Below are positions 18,328 through 28,820 of a DNA stretch of 64,000 nt, piece after piece. Source of the DNA: a virus. The notes below the pieces were generated by a model. The model searched no databases, was not told where the DNA came from, and saw nothing but the letters and a program-made list of their open reading frames with translations. A program made the translations under genes and the position numbers. The stretch spans positions 25,051 through 89,050 of the IMG/VR virus record IMGVR_UViG_3300020205_005279; one strand, given 5' to 3'. Position 1 is the first letter of the stretch, and every line of letters starts with the position of its first letter.

Positions 18328-21300
18328 TCACTGCTCCTCCCAGGTAAGAGCATTATTAACTTTGAAAGGCGCGGTACCTGGAGTAGCAGAACCTAATGCT
18401 TGAACCGAAATATCGTAGTGGCCTTGAATGTTGATAATATCCACCTCGTCTGTAAGAGGGAATGAAAGGTACTCCTTGTTGTAGGCAAAGTAATCCTGAA
18501 GGTCAAATTGGTACCCTCCAGAGTTTGCGTAGTAGGAGAGAATTTCATTGCCGGTTTCAGCAATCGGCGTAAGTCCAAAGTCCTGGGCTATCTGCACTCC
18601 AGAAAGTCTAGTAATATCCTCCCATGCAGCTAAACCGTCTTCTTGTAGTCTATTCCACTTTGTTTGATCGGTGGAGGCGGATGAGCCAAGAATACCACCA
18701 CCGGCATTCAAAGTCAACTCAGAGAAGACTCCGGCAGAGTTTATTGTGAGATGCCTTTCAGGAATAAATAGACCAACAATATAAATGTCTTCTGGGTAGG
18801 AAAAGAACTTTTCAAAAAAGTATCCGGTCGAGGTTCTTGAAAGTTTACCTAGTACCGGAGTATATGCAGATGGTGATGTACTTCCAACTGTCCAACCCGT
18901 AGAAGCTGTGGATTGGGAAGTTGTGCCAAGAAAATATCCGAAGCGATATTTGCCTATACCGATGTCTGGTGGAGTAGCAAATCCAATTTGTGTTGGAAGA
19001 GTGGAATTTTTTGTATTTACGTATTGTTCTGTTGTAGTGATAGGATTTCTAACAACAGTAGCGCCGCCAGTATAAGCAACTGAAGTGCCAAGAGTGGTAT
19101 TTGTATTAGTTACAATAAACAGCGGATTTTTAACGGCTCTAAGTGTAAGAAGTTCTCCAGATGTTCCTCCGGTCACTCCGGCACCAAACTTGATAGGGTA
19201 GATTTGCAGACGATTACGAACTGGTTTACCATCTCTGTTGTAGATAAAGTCCTTGGCGCGAACTGTGAGCAGGGAGCGTTGAGCTCTTGGCACAATTAAT
19301 CTAACCCCCGTGCCATTTGTGCCAGGGAGCGATGAGTTGGTAAAGTGAAGAGTAATATTGTTTCCACTTTGCGTTATCCATTTAACCTTGGCCGTAGAAT
19401 CGGCCGCCAGATACGCCCCCATAAGCCCTACCGCTACCTCACCATCCACATCGGGATGGGTAGTGACCGAGTAGGTCAGTTCTGAAGAGGACGTTCTTGT
19501 CCAGTTATTAGCGGTAAAATCATAGAAGCCTTTGGGAACTTCGCGGGGGAAATCGGAAGCCTTGGAGAGCAAGCGAACCGTGCCCTTGTCTCCGCCATCG
19601 ATGTAGTAGGAAGCACCATACTTGACAAGGGTGTTGCCAATGTCCGTGGATTCCAAACCGCTCTCAGCACCTCCGTGAGTGAGATAGGTGATGGGGAGGG
19701 TGGCGTTGCCAAGAGAAGCAACTGAGTGTTGGTTTGAAGCGCGGATGTGGTGGACGCGTACCCATCTGGCCTCGTTGTTGCCAACAGGGACGTAGCAGAG
19801 GAAGATTGCACCAACGGCCCCGTACCATGAAAATTCAATCTTCCACATTGTTACCTTTGTGAAATCGATGTCATAGGCGGAGACTGTGATCAGGTCTTCA
19901 TTGTCCGCAGTTTTAATTTTTTGGCCGGGGAGGTTGATTACCGATCCACCTCCAACTGTACTGTCTTCCGCAGAGGTGTTCACGTCACTCCATCGTACCA
20001 CGGACGTAACACCATTAAGCTTGTCGCCAGAGAACATTGCCCTTACCGGCCTCCACTCGTACACCATGCGATAAGGCTTGGGAACGCAGAGATTAAACCA
20101 CTCCTTGAGGGTTACGTTGCCATTGGTGACAGAACGTGCCTTGACGTTTGCGGGAAGATTAGGAGAGGCGGTATGTTGAGCGTCCGTAATTCTGTACCCA
20201 GCCGCCGTGCCTTGAGTATTTACCAAAAGATGCCAAACTTTTTTCTCAGTATTTGCTGTGGAAGGAGCCGTGTCCCAGGTATTGGCAACAATCGTAGCAT
20301 CATATGAGTTAATCGAGCCTCCCGCCATGCCCCACTCCGAGGCTTCTAAAGAACTCTTAGCCGCCGGAAAAGTATTATATGAAGCTTTACGGTTTAGGTT
20401 GGAGATAATTTGGAAAAAATTACAGTGAGCATCCATGCGAATATATCCGCGCTCCAACGATGTGTTCTCGGGGCTTAGGGATATGGTTTTTGATTGGTCG
20501 AAAGGAAACTGAAATTTACGATCGGTCATCACCTCTGACCAAGCACTTCCATTATAAGTTGCCAATCTAACCGCGTACCCCGGATCAGGTACATAGTTCT
20601 TAAGAGCGCCCGACGGATCCCCTGAACCGTCAATGGCCGCAATGCTCTCAGGAGAATAAACAAGCGAAGGATCGTAGATTGCAGCGGCCGTGTACACGAG
20701 ACCGTCTCTGATGATTACCGGGTCGGTTCCAGCAACGCCAAAGTTGGTAGCGGTATTGAAGGTATTATCGTCGCCATTTTGGAACCAACTTAGCGCACCT
20801 GCGTAACCCGGAGGTTCTGAGGCTATGATGGCCTGGGTACGGCGAACACAGCGAAAATCGTTGCCTTTTCCGGCATTAGCAATTTCAAAATAATAACCGT
20901 CAAACTTGTCAAAGATACCCCACTTCTTCAACGATGGGGCCCCTTTCATCTTGGCTTGTATGGCGGAAGTCTGTTCCTCTGGGTCGCGGGTGATGTTCAT
21001 CTTCACACCCATGGTGGAGGCCGAAACGCGCCCAGGCTGATAGCGGAAGAATCGCTTAGAGGTTAGTACTGTTGTTTTTACATCGGGGGCAACAAGACGG
21101 GCACCGGCCTCATCAGGAAGGTGCTCGACCCCGTAGTCAATTCCTTCTCCGCTAGAGTCGGGGGTGTTTTCTAGCGGAAAGGTGGCCCATTCACTCGGGT
21201 TAACGTCGTAGGTGTTAACGTCGGCAAAGATACCAAGTGCAACTTCGGCTCTGGGGATGCCAAGTAAACTCAGCGCCACCTCAGACTGAATTTTATTTTG

Positions 21301-21417
21301 TTCCTCGACGGGGATTGGTGCCTGATCTTCAGCAAACACAACCGGAAGTGAGTTGGCCGCAGGTTGTTGACCTAGAGGTACCGGGGATGTTTTTCCAACG
21401 CTAACTTTTGATGCCAT
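18328..21417 (-). CDS. Large virion structural protein (1029 aa), paralog of 14092-18321
   Basis: FRYQPGR, VTMWKIEFSWYGA, KYGASYYIDGGD, C-terminal WEEQ. Confidence 0.65.
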   Translation of the reverse strand: MASKVSVGKTSPVPLGQQPAANSLPVVFAEDQAPIPVEEQNKIQSEVALSLLGIPRAEVALGIFADVNTYDVNPSEWATFPLENTPDSSGEGIDYGVEHLPDEAGARLVAPDVKTTVLTSKRFFRYQPGRVSASTMGVKMNITRDPEEQTSAIQAKMKGAPSLKKWGIFDKFDGYYFEIANAGKGNDFRCVRRTQAIIASEPPGYAGALSWFQNGDDNTFNTATNFGVAGTDPVIIRDGLVYTAAAIYDPSLVYSPESIAAIDGSGDPSGALKNYVPDPGYAVRLATYNGSAWSEVMTDRKFQFPFDQSKTISLSPENTSLERGYIRMDAHCNFFQIISNLNRKASYNTFPAAKSSLEASEWGMAGGSINSYDATIVANTWDTAPSTANTEKKVWHLLVNTQGTAAGYRITDAQHTASPNLPANVKARSVTNGNVTLKEWFNLCVPKPYRMVYEWRPVRAMFSGDKLNGVTSVVRWSDVNTSAEDSTVGGGSVINLPGQKIKTADNEDLITVSAYDIDFTKVTMWKIEFSWYGAVGAIFLCYVPVGNNEARWVRVHHIRASNQHSVASLGNATLPITYLTHGGAESGLESTDIGNTLVKYGASYYIDGGDKGTVRLLSKASDFPREVPKGFYDFTANNWTRTSSSELTYSVTTHPDVDGEVAVGLMGAYLAADSTAKVKWITQSGNNITLHFTNSSLPGTNGTGVRLIVPRAQRSLLTVRAKDFIYNRDGKPVRNRLQIYPIKFGAGVTGGTSGELLTLRAVKNPLFIVTNTNTTLGTSVAYTGGATVVRNPITTTEQYVNTKNSTLPTQIGFATPPDIGIGKYRFGYFLGTTSQSTASTGWTVGSTSPSAYTPVLGKLSRTSTGYFFEKFFSYPEDIYIVGLFIPERHLTINSAGVFSELTLNAGGGILGSSASTDQTKWNRLQEDGLAAWEDITRLSGVQIAQDFGLTPIAETGNEILSYYANSGGYQFDLQDYFAYNKEYLSFPLTDEVDIINIQGHYDISVQALGSATPGTAPFKVNNALTWEEQ

Positions 21418-21444
21418 TGTAAACGCATGCTCTATATGTATTTA

Positions 21445-21452
21445 CTTTAAAC
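21445..21452 (-). promoter_or_regulatory. Putative late promoter GTTTAAAG
   Basis: ~27 nt before ATG 21417. Confidence 0.65.
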
Positions 21453-21517
21453 AACTTAGAGACACTGCAGTAAAAAAGAGCGATTTAAAACTCTTTAAGC
21501 CAAATTAAAGTACTATT

Positions 21518-23857
21518 TTATTCGGAAACGTAAATGTTACCGTCGGCAATAAAGTAGTTATTTTTAACAAGTCCGAGATAACCCGTAGGAGTTGAATATA
21601 TGTCAGAACTTGAGGTAAATCTGGCCGCCACCGTAGAAGGTGTTGCAATTACAATTGCTGAATTACTAGTGTCCACGTCTAGGATTGTTAAAGTCGTGGC
21701 ATCTGGCCAAGCAAAAAGCTCGGCTCCAGTAACGCCAATCCCACTTGTCTTAATTGAGTCGTTGGAAGGGTTACCACCAGCAAAGAACAACAATGATAGA
21801 ATGTCCGATGAGTTACGGAAGTAAACTTTAACTGTAGAAGCCGAGGCATATGCAACACGTTCAACCGCGTATCTACCAAGAGTTACAGTAGAAGTGATTC
21901 TATAACCGTAACCGTAATTAGCACTACCAGATCCGTCGGGGTTGAGCAAACTATAACTATCTGTTCCTCCAATCGCCCGTCCTTGATTAGATCCACCAAC
22001 GCCAGTAACAGAGGTTACTGGAGCGGTGACTGCAAAAATTCCCGCCTCAAGTTGCGGGCGATTTTCCACTATCTGAAGGTACGTGGGGACGGGACCAGTA
22101 TTATACTGATACGAGGAATTAAGAGGATACACTCTGGCAACTACGGAACCCGGCGAGATAGCTACTGGGAACCCACCGTCGGTAACGGTAAAGTAGATAG
22201 GAGTCATAGCCACTCCACGCTTTACATCCATACTGACCCTGCTGTATTCGTTCTGATATAAATCTATGCTACGAATAATCGATCCCGACTCGTTAAAGGT
22301 TAAATTGCCTTGAGCGTTCCATGTGTCGGAAGCATTGAGTTGAATCCCAGTTTCACCACAATTATCGATAATATTGTTATTAACGAGAGAGGCATCAATG
22401 CCAGTAAATTGTACAACACCGGAGCAGTTTTGGAAAAGATTGCCTTGGGCAATAATTCGGCTTGACTCACGAATTTTAAGTGGCGAGATGTTAAGCTCGT
22501 AGGGCTTGGAAAGTTCAAATACTCTGTTGTTTGTAAAATTAATCTTGTCAGAGTCAAGGGCGTAAAGCGCCGCACCCGCACCATTATAGAAAGAACACTC
22601 TGTAATACGAATGCCATCAACATATTCTAGGGCAAGAGAGTCGTTATATTTATCCCCTACTCCATACACGTCGTTTTCTGGAAGGTTGATAGGAAAAGTT
22701 TCAGTTTTATTTCCGTCAAATGCCAGGTTGCGTATTGTGACCCCCTCGATTCGATTTGTTACTCCCGAACCCAGCATGCCGATAAAGCCAAATTCTCCTT
22801 CGGGATTTGTGTGAGTAGGCATACGCTTGAGCACCGAAGAATCCCCGGCGCCTCTAATCACCATGTTACTGTACTGACTGGCGGGAATTGCTGAACTGTA
22901 AAGTGCTAAGTTACGCACTGAATAGGTACCAGTAGGTACAAATACGTCCTTGACTTGGTTACTTGCGGCAAAATTCAGAGCTTCTTGAAAAGGTTTAGTA
23001 TCATCAAACCGAAACTTAACCCTAATCGAGGTGCTATTTAGATCGATAAAAGTTCCTGTGTTTGATTCGGCATCAGAGCACTCTAAAATGCCAGAAATGC
23101 CTCTACTTATGATCTTAAGTCGCCTCTTAATAATAATTGTTTTTGCGGAAATAACACCGGAGGATGTAGAAATAATACCGTTTAATAGTTCTGGACCGAA
23201 TGTCCCGCCATTAATCCGAGCCTCATCCCACGATGGGATTTGGGTCGATCCTCGGTCATTGAAGGTAATTGTTGTGTTACCACCAAAGATATTATTGCTG
23301 GGTATTCCCAAAAACTTAATCGAGTTGGTTCCCCATTGTCTATAGATTACCGGGACCCACTCTGGAGTCGCTCTATTTAAAGTGAATCGGACGTAGTTCT
23401 CTTCATCAAACTGTGTTTGTGGATCACGATAAACGTCCGGAAGAGTGAACGTTTTAACGTATGGAGAAAACTTGCCGGTAACCACATTAAAAGCGTAAAC
23501 GTAGTACCTTAAAACTTTGCTTGTAGATGCACCGGCCTGGACAACAGTACCTACTCCTTCAGGAGCTCCAATGCCGGTAAAAATGCCGTCATAATCTCCT
23601 ATAGGTGGAACAGACGTATCTAGATAGAAAAACGCATAGAGTTCTTGTCCTACCTTAAAGTAATCTGTTTCAAACTGTGAGTAGTTTGGAATGTCCCCAA
23701 CGCTAATAACCCCACCATTACCATTGAGGCCACGTACCCGTCCCTCAAAATACCCGTCCAGTCCTGCTGCTCCAAAAGACTTAACATTAACGTAAGAGTT
23801 TCTATCAGTGTCAATTTGAACTAATGTAGATGTTTGTGTGCGACCAATGTATCTCAT
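21518..23857 (-). CDS. Tailspike/depolymerase, pectate-lyase-like right-handed beta-helix
   Basis: VNVKSFGAAG, DDTKPFQEAL, VFVPTGTY, IRGAG, IRNLAFDGN, repeated I..N..N strands. Confidence 0.8.
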   Translation of the reverse strand: MRYIGRTQTSTLVQIDTDRNSYVNVKSFGAAGLDGYFEGRVRGLNGNGGVISVGDIPNYSQFETDYFKVGQELYAFFYLDTSVPPIGDYDGIFTGIGAPEGVGTVVQAGASTSKVLRYYVYAFNVVTGKFSPYVKTFTLPDVYRDPQTQFDEENYVRFTLNRATPEWVPVIYRQWGTNSIKFLGIPSNNIFGGNTTITFNDRGSTQIPSWDEARINGGTFGPELLNGIISTSSGVISAKTIIIKRRLKIISRGISGILECSDAESNTGTFIDLNSTSIRVKFRFDDTKPFQEALNFAASNQVKDVFVPTGTYSVRNLALYSSAIPASQYSNMVIRGAGDSSVLKRMPTHTNPEGEFGFIGMLGSGVTNRIEGVTIRNLAFDGNKTETFPINLPENDVYGVGDKYNDSLALEYVDGIRITECSFYNGAGAALYALDSDKINFTNNRVFELSKPYELNISPLKIRESSRIIAQGNLFQNCSGVVQFTGIDASLVNNNIIDNCGETGIQLNASDTWNAQGNLTFNESGSIIRSIDLYQNEYSRVSMDVKRGVAMTPIYFTVTDGGFPVAISPGSVVARVYPLNSSYQYNTGPVPTYLQIVENRPQLEAGIFAVTAPVTSVTGVGGSNQGRAIGGTDSYSLLNPDGSGSANYGYGYRITSTVTLGRYAVERVAYASASTVKVYFRNSSDILSLLFFAGGNPSNDSIKTSGIGVTGAELFAWPDATTLTILDVDTSNSAIVIATPSTVAARFTSSSDIYSTPTGYLGLVKNNYFIADGNIYVSE

Positions 23858-23869
23858 GTTGTTTTATTC

Positions 23870-24241
23870 TCAACTAACGGGAGTGTAGATAACGTACGAA
23901 ATTACCATATCAACGGTATTAGCGCCGCCGGAATCAACCCAAGCCTTTAGAGAATCTCCACGCTGAAGCACAAACTTATTACCATCCACAACCTCAAAGG
24001 AGGTTTGCGAGGGCACTGCCACATCATAGAGAAGGTGGGCAGCAGACGCGGAACCAGACTTTTGCAAAGTAAGGTTAAGCCCGCGGGTTGTTTGCGACTT
24101 ATTGGCCGCCACGATTGAAAGAATCATTGCGTATCCATTAGTCGGAATAAGAGAAGTGTCAAATACAGCAGTTGAAGAACCAGCATTAGCTGAGACATTC
24201 GTGTAAGTAGACGAGTAAAAATTATTTACTGGAAAGGTCAT
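23870..24241 (-). CDS. Small tail-associated conserved phage protein
   Basis: IVAAN...VAVP...NKFVLQRGDSL motif common in fibre regions. Confidence 0.6.
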   Translation of the reverse strand: MTFPVNNFYSSTYTNVSANAGSSTAVFDTSLIPTNGYAMILSIVAANKSQTTRGLNLTLQKSGSASAAHLLYDVAVPSQTSFEVVDGNKFVLQRGDSLKAWVDSGGANTVDMVISYVIYTPVS

Positions 24242-24243
24242 GA

Positions 24244-24534
24244 TCAGCCGAGGATTAGGGAGGCGGTCTGGAAGTAGGTGATGCCCTCAAGAATCTCCTG
24301 CTTGCGAATGAGGGATTGAGGGGTTTGCGGAATTGCTGTGGATTCTACAGCGGATCTGGAGACGTAGAGAGGGGCGGAGTTTCCCAGGCCGTCCTGGAGT
24401 TGTCCCTGTGTTCTGCGAGCAGTTGTGCTTAGATCGTAGGGAATTCCATCCGTATCTGGTTGGGTATCGATGTTTGAGAGCAAAACGTTTGCGAACGTTT
24501 TTGAGATCTCGAAGTCTTTGATATTCGAGGCCAT
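24244..24534 (-). CDS. Hypothetical structural protein (96 aa)
   Basis: ORF in the structural run; DGLGNSAPL resembles DGTGTKSGL in 35221-36081; GTTTAAAG at 24586-24579 upstream. Confidence 0.55.
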   Translation of the reverse strand: MASNIKDFEISKTFANVLLSNIDTQPDTDGIPYDLSTTARRTQGQLQDGLGNSAPLYVSRSAVESTAIPQTPQSLIRKQEILEGITYFQTASLILG

Positions 24535-24605
24535 GAGGCGATAAACTCCGGTGTTTCAGTTTATAGAACTATGTTGGTCTTTAAACAATTTTACAAGAAA
24601 AGAAA

Positions 24606-24845
24606 ATGATGACTAAGTCCGAACTTGCACAGCTTATTGATGCTTACGCCGACTCCAAAGCTTCTGGTAATAAGTACCTTGTGGCTAAAATGATTGAGGA
24701 ACTAGAGATGGCACTCACAGAGGTCTGTGATGGTGGAGATATGCCACCCGCAGAGATTCCTCAACCGCCTCATAACCTTCCGCCACTAACCCCGCCCTCC
24801 TTCCCGGTCCCTGCCCTGGCCGAATTGGCCGAAGTAGGCGCCTAG
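24606..24845 (+). CDS. Hypothetical protein (79 aa)
   Basis: ORF track; helical N-terminus and Pro-rich tail. Confidence 0.6.
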   Translation: MMTKSELAQLIDAYADSKASGNKYLVAKMIEELEMALTEVCDGGDMPPAEIPQPPHNLPPLTPPSFPVPALAELAEVGA

Positions 24846-24863
24846 TATAATAATACAACTTAT

Positions 24864-25208
24864 ATGAAAATCACAAGGCTACGGGGGGGCAACGCCCAAT
24901 TTCCTGAAGAAAAGGAAATAGGCGACGTTGTAATGCTCGCTCTAGGGGATATTTTTTGCTGGGATGGGGGCATCTGGCATCTCGTTGGAGGGAGGTTTTT
25001 ACCTCGTGCAATGAGAGAAATATTCTTAGAATATGTGAGCACGGGGTGGCCAGACGAGGCCAGCGCTAAATTCGATTTGGCCTCGCTCCTCGACCTAAGC
25101 GTTTTTGTAGATTATGGGGCCGATGACTTGGTGCCAGGAGACCCAAAAATGGTACAAAAGTTTATTGAAAGAGTGGTTCAGGTCGCAGAAAAATGCGATA
25201 AGCAATAA
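24864..25208 (+). CDS. Hypothetical protein (114 aa)
   Basis: ORF track; followed by a terminator-like hairpin. Confidence 0.6.
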   Translation: MKITRLRGGNAQFPEEKEIGDVVMLALGDIFCWDGGIWHLVGGRFLPRAMREIFLEYVSTGWPDEASAKFDLASLLDLSVFVDYGADDLVPGDPKMVQKFIERVVQVAEKCDKQ

Positions 25209-25251
25209 AAAAGCGGGTGGGGGCTTGTGTACCTTTCCCGCTAGTTTTTTT
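25207..25251. terminator. Bidirectional terminator-like hairpin
   Basis: A run, AGCGGG...CCCGCT stem, T run, between convergent genes. Confidence 0.55.
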
Positions 25252-25255
25252 CTTC

Positions 25256-26374
25256 TTAAACATTTTGGTCAGGGAGGGTATTATTCAAATTATCGATTTC
25301 TTCAGAACTAAGTACCTTCCTAGGAATTTCTTGTACCAACTCATCAAGGGTTCTTACTGGCGGTGAAAGTTTATAAGGAATAGGTTTTTCTACATAGTGC
25401 CCCTTAGAACCTATGGGGATAACGTCGTATCCTAACACGGGATCTTTAGTACGTTGATATTCTAAACATTTATTTTGACCTGTAGAAACACAATAAAATT
25501 TTTGCCAATAAGACGCTTGAGGTTGAAATTTTTGATATATTTCTAGGTTTTCTTCACTAGCTGAGAGATCTTGAGTAACTATATAGAGGCATAAGGTATC
25601 TTCACAAGGACCATATGTTACAAACATATCTCCTTCCTTGTAAAAAAACTCTCTTCTAAGCCTTGCCTCATCCCACTCGTCACTGGACCCTGACTTAGAG
25701 CAATTTTCAAATTCTGTGGATGGATTTTGAAGATATTGATTTAGTTCAGATAAAGTCAAGCCGGGTGGAAGACATCCCACCAACGTGGTTTCTTTTAACG
25801 GAGTTTGCCACTGTTCTGTATATTGTTCCCATTTACGATCAAAAAGTCTAAGTTCATAAAAATCAAACCTTTCTATTAATTCCTGTAAGGATGGAATACC
25901 GGCAGGTATAGTTGTGTCAATATGACAAATTTTATCCCACTTGGTATAATCAAAAGCCCAACTCATTGCCAAGATATTTTGGTTTGCCTCATAAAGACTA
26001 ATACGAAACCCGTCCTCTTCGACGTACAGAACTCTTGTTCCCTCGGGATAAGCGACTATTGCCCTATAACTGGATACTCTCCACTTATCATTTGTTTGAG
26101 ATGTTAATAAATTCGGGGTGAGATTTCCGATCTCCCAAGGAAATTCTATATCTCCCCATGATTTGTATAAACCCTTTTGAGGGTTGTATATTGGATAGGT
26201 ATCAAAAAGCTCCTCAATGCTAATCCCGCATGTATTTATGTCTTCTCTTGAGCAACTTTTATCTACTACACTGCCACTATCCTCATCATCACCCAGTACA
26301 GACCTTAATGCCTCTTTTTGAAGTGTAGAGGGCTGTTCAAAACAACGTCTAAAATAGAGGTTGGAGAGGCTCAT
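25256..26374 (-). CDS. Hypothetical Cys/Trp-rich protein (372 aa)
   Basis: Two Y..G..V aromatic repeats (YPEGTRVLY, YKEGDMFV); downstream of the tube gene. Confidence 0.6.
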   Translation of the reverse strand: MSLSNLYFRRCFEQPSTLQKEALRSVLGDDEDSGSVVDKSCSREDINTCGISIEELFDTYPIYNPQKGLYKSWGDIEFPWEIGNLTPNLLTSQTNDKWRVSSYRAIVAYPEGTRVLYVEEDGFRISLYEANQNILAMSWAFDYTKWDKICHIDTTIPAGIPSLQELIERFDFYELRLFDRKWEQYTEQWQTPLKETTLVGCLPPGLTLSELNQYLQNPSTEFENCSKSGSSDEWDEARLRREFFYKEGDMFVTYGPCEDTLCLYIVTQDLSASEENLEIYQKFQPQASYWQKFYCVSTGQNKCLEYQRTKDPVLGYDVIPIGSKGHYVEKPIPYKLSPPVRTLDELVQEIPRKVLSSEEIDNLNNTLPDQNV

Positions 26375-26398
26375 ACTTCAACCCCCAAAAAGGGACTA

Positions 26399-26827
26399 TT
26401 AGTTATAGGTAAAAGTATCCAGCACGAACGTAAGTTCAATGGTGGAAGGATTGGCAGAAGTACGATCAGCTTGACCAAAGTTTAGACTGGTTACCTGAGC
26501 ATCAGGAATTGTGATTGTACGTTGGCCAAGGGGCTGTGGATCTTCACCACAAGTCACTGGAGTCACAGTCACGGTAACAAATTCGCATCCATATGCCTTC
26601 CAAAAGTCAACGATGTCGGCGTGCTTAACGGGATCAAATGGCGTGGAAATAGTAACCTCAGAGAGGGTCCGTGGGCCCTTTAGGTTGAAAATACGACCGC
26701 GGACTCCGTCAGCGTATTGGGAAGTACCTGCGGTATCACGAATACCACTGAAGTTTGTGAAGTAGTGGGAAAAAGGCGAGGCCTGAATCCAAAACTGACT
26801 TTGAGCGGAGATTTTATAGTTGAGCAT
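26399..26827 (-). CDS. Tail tube protein (contractile, gp19-like)
   Basis: 142 aa; FTNFSGI, EVTISTPFD, DFWK, DRTSANPSTIELTF. Confidence 0.75.
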   Translation of the reverse strand: MLNYKISAQSQFWIQASPFSHYFTNFSGIRDTAGTSQYADGVRGRIFNLKGPRTLSEVTISTPFDPVKHADIVDFWKAYGCEFVTVTVTPVTCGEDPQPLGQRTITIPDAQVTSLNFGQADRTSANPSTIELTFVLDTFTYN

Positions 26828-26884
26828 GGCGGGACGGCTTATGCGTTATATCTAATTAGTATTTAAACAAAGCGCCTATCGCCA

Positions 26885-28813
26885 TTACATAAAGTACGGA
26901 GCGAAGGAGGCCCAATATCCAGCTTTTTTACGATCCACCACAACGCACTCATTGTGAATAACTTTGCGATTTAGTCTGTAGGTTTTTTTATAAAGCTCGA
27001 GAAGTTTCTCTACCATTTCGCAGTTTACGTCATCGACTCTAATCGATCCCTCAATTGTGGCCAGGGCCTGCTCCAGTTCTGTTTTAACAAAGTTGTCTTC
27101 TACGTCAATGTACGCAACTTTCTTAATCTCCTCTATAAGTCGCCTTGTGCCAAACGCAATTTCTCCTGGCGAGGTATACTCATCAAGGCGAATTTTAGCA
27201 ACTGAGGCCTCTGAGAGTCCTGTATCCGCAATAATCCGCTCATATCCAACATCGTCGAGCGGTCCGTCAAACTTCGCCGCAATAAGCTGAGAAATTTTAT
27301 TCTTCTTGGTTTTGTCGGTAAGGTCGTTGTCTTCGTCAAATTCAGAGAAGTCAAAGAGAGTGAGAAGGTCTGACTGATCGGCTCCAAAGGCACCCATTGC
27401 TCCATTGAAACTATCGGCCATTTGCTCTGTGGTTTTTGGTTCGGACATTGGAGCCGCACCACCTGCCGCGCCTGGTGCTCCACCCATCATCGCGCTCATG
27501 TCCACTTTTGCCAGAGACGGAATCTCAAGTTTATCACGCACCCAATCAAGATCTTTGACCTCATAACCAACTGCTTGGAGTTGGGTGAGCATTTGAACAA
27601 TTTTGATGGGATCTTCGCGTTGCTCTAGGTCGTCAAAGTTGCGACGAAGTCTGGGCACTGGGGCCCCGGGGTAGTTGAGTTCTACAATCCAGCGAATAAG
27701 CGTAGAGTTAATCGTCTCGTCTAACTCCTCTGAGAAGGCTTTGGCTTTGCGCATGCGCACGGAATCGGAAACCTGATCGCGAGCATAAGATCCTACGTTG
27801 CCAGTTTCTTGCCCTACTGTATTCTCTCCATTTATAATAAAACTAATCTGCTGGTCAACATACTCGATAAGTTTTTCATATACTTCCGAACGTCCTTGAC
27901 TCTCAAGCCACTCAATCTCCATCTCGTTGGGTATGACAATCGCGGTCTCTTGGCCCAAGCGCTGAAGCGCTGTAAATAGTGAATCAACCTCCTCATCAGG
28001 AGTGCCGAGAGAGAACTTACCCACAGCCGTAGGAGTTGTATGCTTATCTGCATACTGCAACCAAAAAGACAAAAGAGTTCTTCTAAATTCTACCAAACTG
28101 TATAAATGACGGCCTAACCCTGTGCCGTATGGGTCCATAAAATTACTATAGGCCCAGTGGCGGTGGATGACCGCAGAGCGGAGGGGCAGGGTGATTCCCT
28201 CTACGGGCGAACTTACAGTCATCAAACGTGGGCCAATTGTTCCGTCTTCGTTGAGAACAAAAATAAACCGACGTGGGTCACGAATTTTAATTTCCGAGGG
28301 AACGATGTAATTTCCCTGCCTCATCCAACAAATCTCACCGATGCTAATGCCAAGGATCAGAGATTCGCATAATCCTCTTATAAATGTGTCAAACGCTGAA
28401 TTTGAAGACACAAGCATTTCTTTGCCATAGGCCTGCCGGGTATTAGTGCCCATGCGATAGAGTACTTGGCGGACAAACTCAGCAACTTCTTCATCGCGGT
28501 CAGATGCACTTGCCGGATCAACCTGCCATTTTCGTTGTATAATTTCTCCCGTAAGTTTTTCCCATGCAGAAATAACTTGGCTGTCGTTAAACAACCGCAT
28601 GTATTTCTCAATTGCTCTAGGGCCACCACCACCCTCCTCGATGAGAATATCATCTCTGCGTGGGAGAATAAGTCCTGATGCTAAATACGAAGTTCCAGTA
28701 TAGGCGTATGGATCGCCTTTGTAACCTGCTAAGCTGCCTTGGCCTACTCCAAGGCTAAAGTAGCGATCAAAGTGCCCAGTTTTTGGTTTTGCACCAGGAC
28801 GTTTCTCGGCCAT
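26885..28813 (-). CDS. Portal protein, Mu gp29/DUF935 family, with C-terminal extension
   Basis: G.SIGEICW, PYGTGLGR.LY, W..YADK..TP..VGK, GSYARDQV, LIRWIVELNY. Confidence 0.9.
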   Translation of the reverse strand: MAEKRPGAKPKTGHFDRYFSLGVGQGSLAGYKGDPYAYTGTSYLASGLILPRRDDILIEEGGGGPRAIEKYMRLFNDSQVISAWEKLTGEIIQRKWQVDPASASDRDEEVAEFVRQVLYRMGTNTRQAYGKEMLVSSNSAFDTFIRGLCESLILGISIGEICWMRQGNYIVPSEIKIRDPRRFIFVLNEDGTIGPRLMTVSSPVEGITLPLRSAVIHRHWAYSNFMDPYGTGLGRHLYSLVEFRRTLLSFWLQYADKHTTPTAVGKFSLGTPDEEVDSLFTALQRLGQETAIVIPNEMEIEWLESQGRSEVYEKLIEYVDQQISFIINGENTVGQETGNVGSYARDQVSDSVRMRKAKAFSEELDETINSTLIRWIVELNYPGAPVPRLRRNFDDLEQREDPIKIVQMLTQLQAVGYEVKDLDWVRDKLEIPSLAKVDMSAMMGGAPGAAGGAAPMSEPKTTEQMADSFNGAMGAFGADQSDLLTLFDFSEFDEDNDLTDKTKKNKISQLIAAKFDGPLDDVGYERIIADTGLSEASVAKIRLDEYTSPGEIAFGTRRLIEEIKKVAYIDVEDNFVKTELEQALATIEGSIRVDDVNCEMVEKLLELYKKTYRLNRKVIHNECVVVDRKKAGYWASFAPYFM

Positions 28814-28820
28814 TGATTAC

